A program made the translations under genes and the position numbers. From contig OX597827.1 of the NCBI GenBank assembly GCA_951406725.2, forward strand, positions 78,058,001-78,122,000: a stretch of DNA of 64,000 nt. The letters run 5' to 3'. Source of the stretch: Octopus vulgaris (taxonomy: Eukaryota). Of this stretch, positions 26,906 through 40,638 are shown piece by piece; position 1 is the stretch's first letter; the number at the start of each line of letters is the position of its first letter. Below the pieces are notes generated by a model that saw only the letters and a program-made list of their open reading frames with translations, did not search any database and was not told the origin of the DNA.

Positions 26906-27320
26906 GGTGCAGGCGTGGCTGTGCGGTAAGAAGCTTGCTTCCCAACCTCATGGCTTCCTGGTTCAGTTCCTCTGTTGGTACCTTGGGCAAGTGTCTTCTA
27001 CTATAGCCTTGAGCCAACCAAAGCCTTGTGAGTAGATTTGGTAGATGGAGACTGAAAGAAGCCCATTGCATATACATACATACATTCCATACATATACGT
27101 GTGTGAGTATGTGTCTTGTTTGTCCACCACTGCTGCTTGTCAACTGGGTTTGATGGGTTTACACCCCCGTAACTTAGCAGTTCGGCAAAAGGTAACGAGA
27201 GAATATGTGCCAAGCTTTAAAAAGTAAACAGAAGTACCGGGATAGTCATTCGGACAAAAATTCAAGGCAGTGCTCCAGCATGGCCATGGCCTAATGACTG
27301 AAACGAGTAAAAAGTAAAAG
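26906..27320 (+). mobile_element. SINE family A, full length
   Basis: Head, CORE-like domain, microsatellite and tail all match 55610-56033. Confidence 0.85.
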
Positions 27321-27379
27321 AGTGTGTATATTCTTTTACTTGTTTCAGTCATTTGACTGCGGCCATGCTGGAGCACTGT

Positions 27380-27417
<38 letters not shown>

Positions 27418-27454
27418 CATGTAGATAGGGTTATATATGTGTGTGTGTGTGTGT

Positions 27455-27485
<31 letters not shown>

Positions 27486-28037
27486 CATGCTGGGTGAAAT
27501 GCTTAGCAGTATTTTGTCTTTCTTTACGTTTTGAGTTCAAATTCCACCGAAGTCGACTTTGCCTTTCATCCTTTTGAGGTCAATAAATTAAGTACCAGTT
27601 GCATTCTGGGATCGATCTGATCGACTGGTCCTCTCCCCCCAAATTTCAGGCCTTGTGCCTAGAGTAGAAAAGTATTTATGTATGCAAACAGATAAAGTTG
27701 AATGTGGAAGTTTATTGCATCCATCTCTGACTCTCTCTCTTTTTTTTTCATATCTTTCTTTTTCCTTTATTCTCCCATCCTACTGTCTCTATACGATTCC
27801 TCGTTACTGGTTATTAATGAAGGCTTCATCCAAATGTAAATTTCGTATTATTTGATTCTGTCTGAAGAATTTCTAATAGGAGATATCTTATATGTTTTTC
27901 CGACACGTACAATTTTGTAATAACTCCTATTAGCAAATGAAACATGTGTAATACCAAGATTTTTTTTCCAGTTACATGTTTTAATATACAGAGGAGAGTA
28001 GTGTAGTTTGCTTGAAGCATTGTGTATTGTTTGTAAA

Positions 28038-28255
28038 AAATAATAAATAATGATAATAATGTGTTTTGAATGGCACAACAAATGAACTATAATAACTGTC
28101 GTAATCTAATCATCCATGGTCTGATATGATATTTCGGAATATAAAAATTCCTTCTTCGGATATCGTTAGGAATTGATTGATGATTAAATTACAACAGTTA
28201 TTATAGGGCATTGTTGTGCCATTCAAAACACATTATTATTATTATTTATTATTTT
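28038..28255. repeat. Foldback inverted repeat (about 75-bp arms, about 65-bp spacer)
   Basis: AATGTGTTTTGAATGGCACAACA...TATAATAACTGT.GTAAT.TAATCATC is mirrored at 28179-28255. Confidence 0.85.
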
Positions 28256-28281
28256 GTATGTGTGTGTGTGTGTATATATAT

Positions 28282-28560
28282 CATCATCATCATCGTTTAG
28301 CGTCCGCTTTCCATGCTAGCATGGGTTGGACAGTTCAACTGGGGTCTGGGAAGCCAGAAAGCTGCATCAGGCCCAGTCTGATCTGGCAATGTTTCTACGG
28401 CTGGGTGCCCTTCCTAATGCCAACCACTCCGAGAGTGTAGTGGGTGCTTTTTACGTGCCACCCACACAGGTGCCAGGCGAGGCTGGCAACGGCCACAATC
28501 AGATGGTGCTTTTTACATGCCACCGGCATGAGGCCAGTCGGGGTGGCGCTGGCAACGGCC
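28282..28560 (-). mobile_element. Retroposon family F with (GAT)n tail
   Basis: CATCATCGTTTAGCGTCCGCTTTCCATGCTAGCATGGGTTGGA...; copies at about 35995-36115, 37617-37920, 37950-38136 and 40985-41155. Confidence 0.75.
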
Positions 28561-28584
28561 ATGTACATACATATGTGTATATAT

Positions 28585-28960
28585 GTGCAGGTGTGGCTGT
28601 CTGGTAAGAATATTGCTCTTCCCAACAACATGGTTCGGGTTTCAGTCTCACTGCATGGCACCTTGGACAAGCGTCTTCTGCTAAGGCCTTGTGAATGGAT
28701 TTGGTAGATGGAAACTGAAAGAAACCCATCATATTTGTATATAAATATTTGTATGTCTGTGTTTGTCCCTCCTACCATCTCTTGACAACTGATGTTGGTA
28801 TGTTTATGTCCCTGTAAATTAGCAGTTTGGCAAAAGAGACTGATAGAATAAGTACCAGGTTTACAAAGAATAGGCCCAAGTGTCAATTTCTTCGGCTAAA
28901 AGGCATTGCTCCAGCATGGCCACTGCCAAATGACTGAAACCTGTAAAAGAATAAAAGAAT
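28585..28960 (+). mobile_element. SINE family A
   Basis: Matches other family A copies. Confidence 0.8.
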
Positions 28961-29128
28961 ATATATTTTTGTCCATTCATTTACTTTTATACTCCTCTTG
29001 CTTTCCATGCTGGTCTAGGTTAAACAGTTAGACAGCATCTGGCAAGCCACAGGGTTGTGTTGAGTTCGGGTGTCAGCTTTGGCACAGTTGTCTTTCTTTT
29101 CTCTGCATTTTTTTCTCTCTCCTCATTT

Positions 29129-29164
29129 CTTTCTGAAGAAGAGCATAGGCTCAAAATGTCAAAG
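29129..29164 (+). ncRNA. Decayed minimal hammerhead motif in family P repeat
   Basis: CTTT-CTGAAGA-A-GAGC-ATAG-GCTC-AAAA-TGTC-AAAG; GAAAC is mutated to AAAAT, consistent with CpG decay. Confidence 0.55.
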
Positions 29165-29334
29165 ACTTTTTCCAATTTTCTTATGCATCAAACTAATACA
29201 TGCTGTTTGTTCTTTCACCCATCTTAGGTTTTTCTAAATGTATTTTTGAACCGTATGTGTACCAGCTGCTGGTTGAGATAATGTATTTCATTTTGCAATC
29301 GTAATTTAGTACCTAGTGTAGTAAATCCTTTCTA

Positions 29335-29725
29335 CTGGAAGCATAAGGCCTCAAATTTGGGGGAAGGGATTAAGTCAATTACATTGACACCAGTGCATAA
29401 CTGGTACTTAATTTATCAACCCTGAAAGTATGAAAGGCAAAGTCAACCCTGGCTGCATTTGAACTCAGAACTTGAAGACTGACAAAATACCTATTTCTTT
29501 ACTACCCACAAGGGGCTAAACACAGAGGGGACAAACAAGGACAGACATAGGTATTAAGTCGATTACATTGACCCCCAGTGCGTAACTGGTACTTATTTAA
29601 TCGACCCCTGAAAAGATGAAAGGCAAAGTCGACCTTGGCGGAATTTGAACTCAGAACGTGAAGACAGACGAAATACCGCTAAGCATTTCGACCGACGTGC
29701 TAACGTTTCTGCCAGCTCACCGCTC
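29335..29725 (-). mobile_element. Dimeric SINE family B
   Basis: Reverse-complement match to 9621-10012. Confidence 0.85.
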
Positions 29726-31025
29726 TTTCCAAGTGTATTAAATGTCTATAAGTCAATAATTTGTCCTACTTGTTTCTATTGTATGTATCGTGTTGTGAAT
29801 AATATACAATTGCACACAGCAAAACAAACACGCAAGTCAGCTGACATAAACCTAGCAACACCTATTTTCAGTGAATCAGCGAGGGGAAGCTTCCCTGAGG
29901 TCACTCAGCCTGCTAGAGATAGCAGCCAAATGCTCAAATCATATGCTAATTTCTTAAAAAGAAAAATAAAGGACACATTAGACAATGTAGTGTTAAATGT
30001 ATGAAAAGAGGGGATAATCACAACTTTGATTATACGGTTACTCAATCAGGGCTGACCAGGGGCTAAACTACATCAGCTATATTTACACTACAGGGATCTC
30101 TACTTGGGTCATTCAACATTTTAGAAATAGCAGCTAAATCTTACTGGACTCACAAACCTTAAAAAGAAGGACAGAATAGTTCATTCCTAGATATACCTCC
30201 TGAACAGGTAAACAGATGACATGGTCATAGGTGGAATGTCTTTGGTTATAGTTCTGCTCAATCGGGATTCATCTGGGGTTAAACATTTGTTGTCAAATAC
30301 ATTGTGATGTCTTCTTCCTGGTGTTTTAGGGGACAGTTCATCTCAGGTTAAAGAATAGTAAATGATAATCTGGAATTAGGGGTTTGTAGGGTATCACTGG
30401 GTCCACTTGGTGTTGTTCTCTCCCAGGTCAGACCTCATCCAGCAGACTTGCTAGCCATGACCAACCAGACTTGTATTCAGACAGTATATATAGAGCTACA
30501 AGCCCGGATATAGCAGACCTATGATCAAAGGTGTTCCAGCCATGACCATCAGTGTATTTTATTTAGACATAGTTTATCTAGGACTGTATTATAATATTTT
30601 ATCCCCAGATCAGTTTTAAATGAGCCAATCTATGATCATAGACGTACCAACCATGACCATCTCTCCTATATAATCAGACATATTATATCTAGGACTACAT
30701 TATCTAATGCATTATTTCGTTTTTAAGATGGCAGAGTAGGGATCAGCAGAGTGGTCGATAATGAACCCTGGGATGGGGTCTGTAGATCCCCAAGGGTTCG
30801 TTAAACACCTGAGACGATTTTGAGTGTTAACATAACTGAATTATTAGTGAACTGAATCTGGAAGAGTTTGGGTAATTCTCAGCTAAAACACTAATTTCCA
30901 GCCAGATATTGATGCAATAACTCATCTTCACCAATCGCATATTACATTCAATATTCTATTTCGGCCATAATATCTCTGAATTTTAATCCAGTTTCAGTAA
31001 GTATTTCTTTAAATTTCTTTAAATA

Positions 31026-31370
31026 GGCGCAGGTTTGTCTGTGTGGTAAGAAGCTTGCTTCCCAACCACATAGTTTCAGGTTCAGTCCCACTATGTGGTA
31101 CCTTCGGCAAGTGTCTTCTACTATAACCCTGGGCCAACTAAAGCCTTGTGAGTGGATTTGGTAGACGGAAACTGAAAGAAGCCTGTCATATGTATATATG
31201 TTTGTGTCTATATTTGTCCCCCATAACCTAGCGATTCAGCAAAAGTGATAGATTCAATGAGTATCAGGATTTTAAAAAAGTACTAGAGTTGATTCATTTG
31301 ACTAAAAATTCTTCAAAGTGGCGCTCCAGCATGGCCTCATTCTAATGACCAAAACAAATATTAAAAGAAA
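31026..31370 (+). mobile_element. SINE family A, possibly nested in a hAT-like MITE (about 30747-31506)
   Basis: The SINE is clear; the flanking element ends in GTTTGCCGACCTCTG, a CAGAGGTCGGCAAAC-type terminus, but the left terminus is weak. Confidence 0.7.
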
Positions 31371-31869
31371 TATTTCTTATTAAAAGTAGTAATGTTACAA
31401 AAGAACGAAGGAATTATTGTTCTTAAATCAAGAAATTGTTTTTATTTGACTTGGGGTCTGCAAGTTATCATGAAGGGTCAGTGAGTTAAGACGTTTGCCG
31501 ACCTCTGTGGTAGAGTGGGACTTGCAGGGAGGTATGGCAGCTATTTCTAACAAGTCGCCTGACCACACGGAAGCCTCTTGTTGGTTCAAGTACCACTTGA
31601 CTTAATGACAAGTGGTGAAGATGATGATGGGTCAAGGAGGGACATCTTCATTTACCACACCCATAAAGAAATACGTAGAAATGAAGTTCGCCATCGCATC
31701 TCTTCTTTGAAATAAAATGTGACCTGGCTGACGCTTATCAGAAATTCTCCAGCCAGAATCCGTCGGACAACGAACGGTATTACGGATACAAGTTAATCCA
31801 GTAGGTTTCTTCATGCTCTCTTGCTGCCCAGTTTTATACACAAGTCTTGGGTTGATCTGAGGCTATGAT

Positions 31870-32240
31870 TGTTGTTGTTGTTGTTGGGCGTAGCGGTCTT
31901 CGTCCAGTAGTAGAAGTCCGAAACGTGGTCCTTTGCTATTCGTAAGACCCGCAGAAGAGAAAGCAGGTCAACCCCCGACACCGAGAGCATCGACGGATGG
32001 ATGATTGCGCATCCAGGCTCAGCGGTTGCATAGGAAGTCGGGGACAAGAAACAGGAAGAAAGAGTAAGAGAAAGTTGGAGCGAAAGAGTACAACAGGGGT
32101 CGCACCACCCACTGCCGGAGCCTCGTGGAGCTTTAGGTGTTTTCGCTCAATAAACACACACAACGCCCGGTCTGGGAATCGAAACCGCGATCCTCCGACC
32201 GCGAGTCCGCTGCCCTAACCATTGGGCCATTGCGCTTCCA
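31870..32240 (-). mobile_element. Young full-length tRNA-derived SINE (family C; possibly octopus OR-type) with (AAC)n tail and 13-bp TSD
   Basis: Minus-strand head GGAAGCGCAATGGCCCAATGGTTAGGGCAGCGGACTCGCGGTCGG...GGTTTCGATTCCC; CpG-rich; TSD CT(G/A)AGGCTATGAT at 31857-31869 and 32241-32253. Confidence 0.88.
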
Positions 32241-32787
32241 CTAAGGCTATGATGGAACTCAAGTGTTGCCTGGCATCTGTGGTCAGACGCAGGGCGGGCA
32301 TCGTTGTGTAGTTAAAAAACTTATTTTGAACCACGTCATTCTGGTTTCTGTCCCACTTTGGACAAGTATCAAATACTGTAACATCGAGTGGACTTCTCTC
32401 TCTCCCCCTTATTTGTCTAATTGACTGTCTGTCTGTCTACCTATCTATCCATTCATCCATCCATCACAAACATTGGGCTAAAACAATCCTTCGAATTTCC
32501 TTATTTTAGAAATTTTACTCTTACCATCGAGAATCGTGTTATTGATGTCATAAGAACTTATAAACTTTCGAGAGAGTGTGAACTAATTGTTTTGGAGCAG
32601 TTGATCTCGAAGCACATGGAGCTATAAATAATAGCGTGTAAATATTCTTTTCTACCGTAGGCACGAGGCCCGAAATTTTGGGGGAGGGGGCCAGTCGATT
32701 AAATCGACCTCAGTACGCAACTGGTACTTAATTTAATAGCGTGTGAATATTGTGTTGACAAACCCTTTTGAATAGAAAAAACATTCG

Positions 32788-32864
32788 AGGGCTGCCCATG
32801 GGACTCGAACCCACAACGCTTGTAAGACATGCTTGGCGTTCTACCATTTGACGACTGTTCCAAC
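32788..32864 (-). pseudogene. tRNA-like sequence (pseudogene or SINE head)
   Basis: Minus strand has a TGGTAGAACG A-box-like motif, T-arm GTGGGTTCGAGTCCCAT and a downstream T6 run; the acceptor stem does not pair. Confidence 0.45.
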
Positions 32865-35800
32865 AAAGTTTTCATACATATGTGTTACACAAAATGTTTA
32901 TTTATCTATTTAATGTGTGTGTGTGTTTATACACAGCATAATGTGTATGCTGTGTTTGTGTTCCTTAGTTTCACAACCGACGGAAACCCATTTACTATTT
33001 CCTATATAAAATAGCAACACCATCACCGCCAACACTCCCCCCCCCCCATTTTAATGGTGTTCCTGTCACAATAATAAGCCTCTTCTCTCGCTGAAGCTGG
33101 TCATTTCATTGCCATCTCTCATTTCATTTTCCTCCATGGCGGTCTGTCTGTCGTCTTTGGGATTCGATAGTATGTTAGAGAGAAGGAGGGAGGGAGAAAG
33201 AAGGGGGAAAGTAGTGTGGTGGTGAGAGGGGGAAATGTAGTGGGATTAACGGGGGGGGGAAGAGTTGGGGAGGAGGAGAATGAAATTATGGGGTTGTTTA
33301 GCCCTAGGTCAGTCCTGATTGAACAAAATATAATATCTAATGATTTATGACTTTAGGGAGTGATTTCAGGGAGATTTGACTGCTATTTCTAGCAGGTCGA
33401 GCGTCCAACTTGAGGTTCCTTTGGCTCGTTTTATTGGTAGTGAACTGTGGTGGTGGCGGTGGGAGTAAAGGGCAGGAGAGAGTGCTGAGAGAAGGGAGGG
33501 GGTGGTTTGTAATATCGATCTGTGAAGGGGGGAGTGAAAAGAGTGTGAGGTAGGAGTGATTGGTGAGGAGTAATAGACAGGAGTGTGGTGGGTGTGAGGA
33601 AGGTGGTGTGTGATAATACATTGTAATGTGAGAGAGGTAAGGGTGGTAGTGTGAGATAGTGAGGATAAGGGGAAGAGGGGAAACGGAACTATGGTGGGAG
33701 GGGAACTAAAGACAGAAAGATAGAGAGAGAGCTTCGACCTGATAGAAATAGCAGTCCAATCTTTGAATTCACTGTCTGGATGGTCATGGCCATTCTATCT
33801 GGACTCAGCAACATTGTGGGAACTTGTACGTGGTTGTTCGACCGGCTAGAAATAGCAGCTAAAATGTTCCTCAAAGGATTCGCTTGTCGTGTTTTAAATA
33901 AAGGGAAGATGCTTAATCAGTTATGTCTGAATGGATGGGATGACTTCGGTTAAATGGCTTTGATTATGAGGGGTTTTGTTCGATCAGGCTGACCTGGAGC
34001 TAACTGGGATGGCGGAGATGGTGCGGGGGGGGAGTAACTGATGAGGAAGAGAGTGAGAGGGTGTGTGTGAAACACCGAATTATGGTTGAAAGGGGAGGGG
34101 GAGGGAGGGTGGATTTTGAGTGGGAGAAGAGAATGAATTATAGTGGGAGGGTAAGAGAAGGGGAGTTGAGAGAGGACCAATGTGGAAGTGGTGGTGGTGG
34201 TGGAGGGATGAGTAAGAGAGCTACATTGAGTTGTTATTTAGCCCAAGGACAATCCTGACTGAGTAGGCCTACAATCAAAAGGCGTCCCAACCGTAACCGT
34301 CTGACTTTGTATATTAGGGTTTTGTTTCACAAATACATTGTATCCTTTTTTTTTTTTTCAAATTTAGTTGCTGTTTTTAGCAAGTTGAACGACCACGTAG
34401 AGGCTCGTTTGCGAGGGATTAAGATTGTCAGATAAATTCTTGAGTCGAGAAAGAAAGCTGAGGGGAAGGGGGAGAGAGAGAGAGAGTAACGTTGAGTAAG
34501 GGAAGAAAAAGAAAGGAAGGGAGTGATACGATAGACGGAGGAGAGTGGTATGTAAGTGGAAGAAGATGGGAAAGGAAGAGAGAGAGAACTAGTGGAAGGG
34601 AGAGGTACGGAGGGGAGTGGAGAAGAAAAGGAAGTGACCAGATACAAGGAGAGAGAGAGAGAGATGAGCTCCTGGAAGAAAGGCGAGAAATCAATGAAGA
34701 GAAAGAGTAAGAGATAGTAAAAGAGAGGAAGGCGGTGAGATAAAAAATATAATTAGGGGGCTTAAGGGAGAGGAGAATGTGTAAGAACAGTGGTGGGAGG
34801 AAATTGTCGTAGAGGGGTAGAGACAAGTGTGTTAGGAAAGAGAGGGAGGGTGTAAAAAGACAATGGTAATGTGAGGGGAGTGGTGGGAGGAAACGGAGTT
34901 AGGCGACTGATTTAGGAGAGATAAGAGAGGGAGAGGGAGAGATAGCAATGCTATGAGGGTGGTGGTGGAGTAGGAGGGATGATGACGTATAGAGTAAAGG
35001 TGACGAGAAGGTTACGGCAGTGGTGGGGGGAGGGAGATATGCTAGTGAGGGGGAGGGTGTTGTTTAACCCCGAGTCAACCTTAATTGAACAGGTTTTATG
35101 ATTAGATATATTCCAACCATGACCATACCATCTGTTTAGGGTATGTTAGTTGAGTACATTATCTAGCGTGTCCTTTTTTTCCTAGACTGCAGTTTGATTC
35201 GAGGGAGCTTTGGTTGCTATTTCTAGCAAGTCGAGCGACTCCATAGAAGGCTCCATGTTTCAAGGAAAAAAAGTGAAAGAAGTAATGAAAGAGAGAAAGA
35301 AAGAGGGAAACAGTACCTCCCTCTATCCCCCTCTCTTTTATGTCAACAATTATTTTAATAGAGGAAGGAGGAGGGGAGTATTGTTGTGATACTTTTGTCT
35401 TGTCTGTATGTTTATGTTGTGTGTGTGTGTGTGTGTAGGTTGTGTTAGTATTGTGTGTCTGTGTAGTCTGTAATCTGTATGTGTGTGTGTGTGCATTCTC
35501 TTCTATAATCTGTGTGTGTGTGTGCTATACTCTGTATTCTGTGTTTTCATATCTTAGTGTGGGTTTTTTTTGTTCTTGTTTTAACCCCAGTCCAGTTCTA
35601 TAGAGATGTGTGCTCTGTCACCAAGTAGTTTTATGGAGCTCCTAACCCCCTCCCCCCGCAAGTTTTATGACCTGCTTAGCATGGTTGGTAAATTTATCAA
35701 ACAGAATGGCCTTGTTTTCTTATTAACTGAGTTTATAGAAATAATCTTACTAAAGGCAGTCCCTTATAGACAGCTCCAGTATGACCGAAATTGCTTGTAG

Positions 35801-37616
35801 CTTGAACTGGCAGCTCCAGTCTGGCCAGTTTGTTTTTAATCAGATATCGTCTGTCAGAAAACTTCATTAACCAGTCTGTACCATGTGGGTTAAAAGATTT
35901 AGTTGCTACATGTAGATCATGTGGAACGAGAGTGAGGGCTCTCTCCCTTTCTCGTTTTTAAATTTAAAACCCACCCCTAACGAAGTCCCCATAGAAAAAG
36001 CACCCAGTACTCTCTGTGGAAAACCAAGCCAAAATAATGAAGCTTAGTGCTGCTCTTGTCCTTGCCCGCTCCTGGGAGACCATCCAACCCATGCCAGCAT
36101 GGAAAGCAGATGATGATTCTTGTGAATTTGTCAAAATTAAAGATTTATTGTTTTTCTCAATACAGATCCCCTCCCCCTCTTCCCTGCATCCCACAAATTC
36201 GCACGTCCCATCGCTGGTACTAAAATTGTATCCTCATCCCTGGTATAGAGGTTTCCCTGTTGCCAAGTGAGAATTGATGGAGCAAGCCTATAACACTGAG
36301 ACTCGATTCTACTATAGCTCCACCTAGTGGTGGTGGTGATGATGGTGGACCATATTAGTCATGTGTGTTCTCTGCTGTCCAGTCTAGTTTTTGTGTGTTT
36401 GTGTTTGTTTCCAAGCCAATCTGATCAAAGGTATTTGTTTTTTTAAGCTTGATACTTATTCTATCACTCTCTTTTGTTGAACCACTAAGTTACAGAGATG
36501 TAAACACTAACACCAGTTGTCAAGCACAGACACACGTACACGTGTTGTTACAACCTGGTGGCCATAACCCGAATTTATAGAATCAACGAGGATAGGGTGA
36601 ATTCAAAACAACACCACATCATGAATTCTTTTTGTAAAATATTAATAGTCAGCATAAAAACAGCTTACATACAAACAAATATATACATGAACAAACAGCA
36701 AATGCTACACCAGACGTGCAGTCAAAAGTTACAAGGGTAACATATATACATAGTTCAGAAATTCGGACTCCGTATCCTGGGTTTTGGTTTCACCAAAATT
36801 GGCCTCACACAGATTTGGTTTTTCAAAAATATTCATTCCAAAAATCTGGATTTCCATTTCCATTAGTACAAATTTGGTTTTCGACCTTGGACCCAAACGT
36901 GACACAGAAATTATTTAAAATTTGACAAAAGTTCTGATGAATTCCTGGAGCATAAAATAAATCCATAAATGCCTAACACAAAGCACAAGGTGCATAAACT
37001 AAACAGGCAATCGTAGCTTCCAGAATCCAAAGGAACAACTTCATCTCACAGAAAAAAACTGTCACCAAAAGCTGGTGGGAGTAAAATTATCTCTGTTTAT
37101 AAAGTTTGCCAGGGTCTAGCCAATTTGTCATAGTTTCACAGGTTTTTGGCTAATAACTATAGCGTCCCCCATTTCAACAATGGACTTCACCCTTACAGGG
37201 CAGCATGAAAACTGTCTTCCTGTTTGCTTCACATCATAATTTATAATTTCCTAACAGTAAACACACAAGGGACCGAAATTAGATCAACTCTGTTCTGGTC
37301 AATAAAAGGCATATTCTGCAAGATGTCTCTGTGGTTGTGCCATTCGACACAGGAAGTGGCCACCACCTTGTGTGGGCAAAGATTGTGTTGGATGGGAGAA
37401 GGTGGGGTGGGGGGGTTATGGTTAGCGTCAAAGAAACATGTGAAGGTCAGGAAGGAAGTGCAGCTGAGGGAAAGAATCCTGGAATCGCTTGAGGAAATAG
37501 AAGATAATTATAAGACATACACACATGTAGAAAATACTTGCCCAAAGTGACATTCGGTGGGACTGAACCCAGAGCCATCTGGTTAGGAAGCAAGAATCCT
37601 TACCACACAGCCCATA

Positions 37617-38136
37617 CATCATCATCATCATCATCGTTTAACATCTGTTTTCCATGCTAGCATGGGTTGGACAGTTCAACTGGGGTCTGGAAAGCCAGGG
37701 GCTGCACCAGGCCCCAGTCTGATCTGGAAGTGTTTCTACAGCTGGATGCCCTTCCTACGCCAACCACTCCGTGAGTGTAGTGGGTGCTTTTTATGTGCCA
37801 CCAGCACAGGGGCCAGGGGAGGCTGGCATCGACCATGATCAGATGGTACTTTTTACATGCCACTGGCATCGGCAACATTTGGATGGTGCTTTTTACATGC
37901 CACCGGCACAGGGATCACCACTACAATTTCCATTTGATTTGATTAGCCTTGCCTGGCACGTAAAAAGCACCCACTACACTCATGGAGTGGTTGGCATTAG
38001 GAAGGGCATCCAGCTGTAGAAACACTGCCAGATCAGACTGAAGCCTGGTGCAGCCCCTGGCTTCCCAGACCCCGGTCGAACCGTCCAACCCATGCTAGCA
38101 TGGAGAACGGACGTTAAACGATGATGATGATGATGA
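37617..38136. repeat. Inverted pair of family F copies (about 185-bp arms)
   Basis: 37617-37800 and 37955-38136 are near reverse complements, with (CAT)n and (GAT)n ends. Confidence 0.85.
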
Positions 38137-40638
38137 TTGCTGATGTTTATGTACTTGACTCAATAGGTCTCCTCCTGCACACGCACACACACACACACCT
38201 ATATATATGTGTGTGTGTGTACCAATCTAAGGTAGTAAATTGTTAGAACATTGAACAGAATGCCTTGTGGTATTTACTTCACTCTTTTATGTTCTGAATT
38301 TACCTACAAAGACATTGGTACCAAGCTGTATTATCCCTTGGTCTTTGCTTGGACATCATCCTAACATAGAGAAAAAAATGTCTGTGTGTGGTGGTGGTTT
38401 TGGGGGTTGTTGCATGGTCAGCTGATCTTGTTACCACAACTCTGTCCAAGTTTGAAAGCTGAAGAAAAGGTTTCCAGGTACAGAAACATGGTCAGTCATG
38501 ATTGGCAGGAGGCAATGGGACATGGAAATCATACAAGTCCCACAGGTGTGTTTATCTAACACCAAGAGCTACACCTGTTGTAGTGGTGCATCAAAACCAC
38601 TTTTGTAGTTCCCTCGCTGGATCTAATATGGAGTCTCCATGATATAGGGAATTAAAAGAGAGATGGTAGTTTAACCCCTAAATCATTCCTGTTCAACAAG
38701 AACCTATGATTAAAGGCATTCAAACAATGACCATCTCTTTATTTTCAGGAATAAGTTTTTTTTGGACTACATTACCTAGAGGTGCATGATTTGAAAGAGC
38801 TTTGGCTGCTATTTCTAGCATATCCTTAAACCTGTTGCCATGTAAGTCGTGCTGTATTTGTAAGGTATAGAGCAGTGCTTCTCAACCAGGGTCCATGTGA
38901 CCCTTTTGGAGTCCCTATTAAAATTTTGTTGTCAACAAAATGGTTATACTTATAAAAAAGGCCAGCAGCTGCTACAGAGAACCAAACTGTACTTCTCAGG
39001 TTCCCTTTTCCCATTTATGCAGATATTCTTACCTGATTTCCTAAAATTGTCTTCATACCTTTTCTCCTACATTTGAGATTTCCTTCATTTCTAGAGGATA
39101 AGTTATTAAATTTGATTAACTATAGGGGTCAGTTTGGCTGCATTGTGGTCCAGTTGTCTTTGGGGGTTTCACTGCTTGAGGGCCAAACCAATATCATTTA
39201 GAACTAAGGAGGTGAGCTGGTGGAATCATTAGCATGCCAAGCAAAATGCTTTGTGATATTTTGTCTGTCTATACATTCTGAGTTCAAATGCCACCAAGGT
39301 CAACTTAGCCATTCATCCTGTCAGGGTTGATAAAATAAAGATTAATTGAATACTGGGGTTGATGTAATTGAGTTATCTACTCCCTGAAATTGCTGGCCTT
39401 GTGCCAAAATTTGAAACCAATATTATCTATATGTGCTTAGATGCCATGTACCAAGCTTGCTCTGATTTCATGAATGGTGACCTTGAGAGGATCCCTCAGC
39501 GGGGCCATGACAGCCTTGTTTCTTTTAACAACAAAAAGAGAGGAGAAAAAAAAGCTGAAGCACGATTGATGTCAAGGAAACCCCACCATACGGCTACTAA
39601 ATATGAACAGTGGTCAGCCAGAGCCCCCAGAATTACCCAAAATGCTGGGCGTACTTAACATAGCTAGGATTGCACATCAAATATTTTCTGGCCCTTCTCC
39701 TCAGGGCCAGAAAATATTTCAGCCCTTAACCATTGCTGACACCCCACAAGATTCATGTGATCTGAAATGCTGCTACTACTACTATTCATCCAGAGAAGGG
39801 TTGTTCAACTAATTAATATTCAAACGCTAATTGACATGCTCTTCTAGCCTCTGTCCCAAAGGTATCCTGTCTTTCCTACTGTTACTATAATGGCCTCTGT
39901 TCCTCAGAGCTGCAGGACTGGCCCCCTACTCCCACTACTTAGGCACACTTTCAACATGCTCATCTTTTCACCTCCCATCACCCTTGGTGCATCCGACCTC
40001 CTTGGCTCTGCATCAACCATTATGACCAGTCCTTCCTCCCCCACACCATCATTCCTCTGGAATCTTCTGTCCTCTCGTGTCTCTCCTGCTGGAGTTGTCC
40101 TGTAACAGTTTAAATAGAACATCAATGGCACCAAGCTTACCTGTCTCTGAAGACCTGAAAAGGTCATAAGCAATGTCCCCCGGCTCAAATCTTCCTCTCC
40201 TGTCCATCGAAGGGCAACGACCTAAAATATTTGACCTTCCCCTTTGAATTAGTTGATTGTTTATGGCAAGAAATGGCTGCATCTGGCACCCTTGTTTCTG
40301 CCCAAAGTTATCGGCTGAAAAAGAAGAAGAATGTGGATGTTTGTATGAAATAAGGAGTCTGTGGTGGGGTAAGAAACGGTGAAGACTGATCTTGAGAGGT
40401 TGAACTTCACTAAAGAGATAATGCACACACACACATCATGATCATCATCATCATTTCTCCCCCATACCTTTTATGTGGAAACTGCTGGTTTACTCTGCTG
40501 CTCCTCGGTCTTTCAGCATGTTTTCTTTTTATTTCTGAAAACTTTCATCTCTACAGTAAAACAACTCTCGGTCATTCATGAAATGGAAACATCCAGGACA
40601 TTCACACACACACACATACGCACTCCTCAATAAATATG

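Noticed and set aside
32788-32864. Functional tRNA gene
   Set aside because: T-arm and B box are good, but the acceptor and anticodon stems do not form; kept only as tRNA-like
39440-40430. Possible degraded LINE coding remnants
   Set aside because: Only vague similarity to retroelement C-termini; no diagnostic motif I can support
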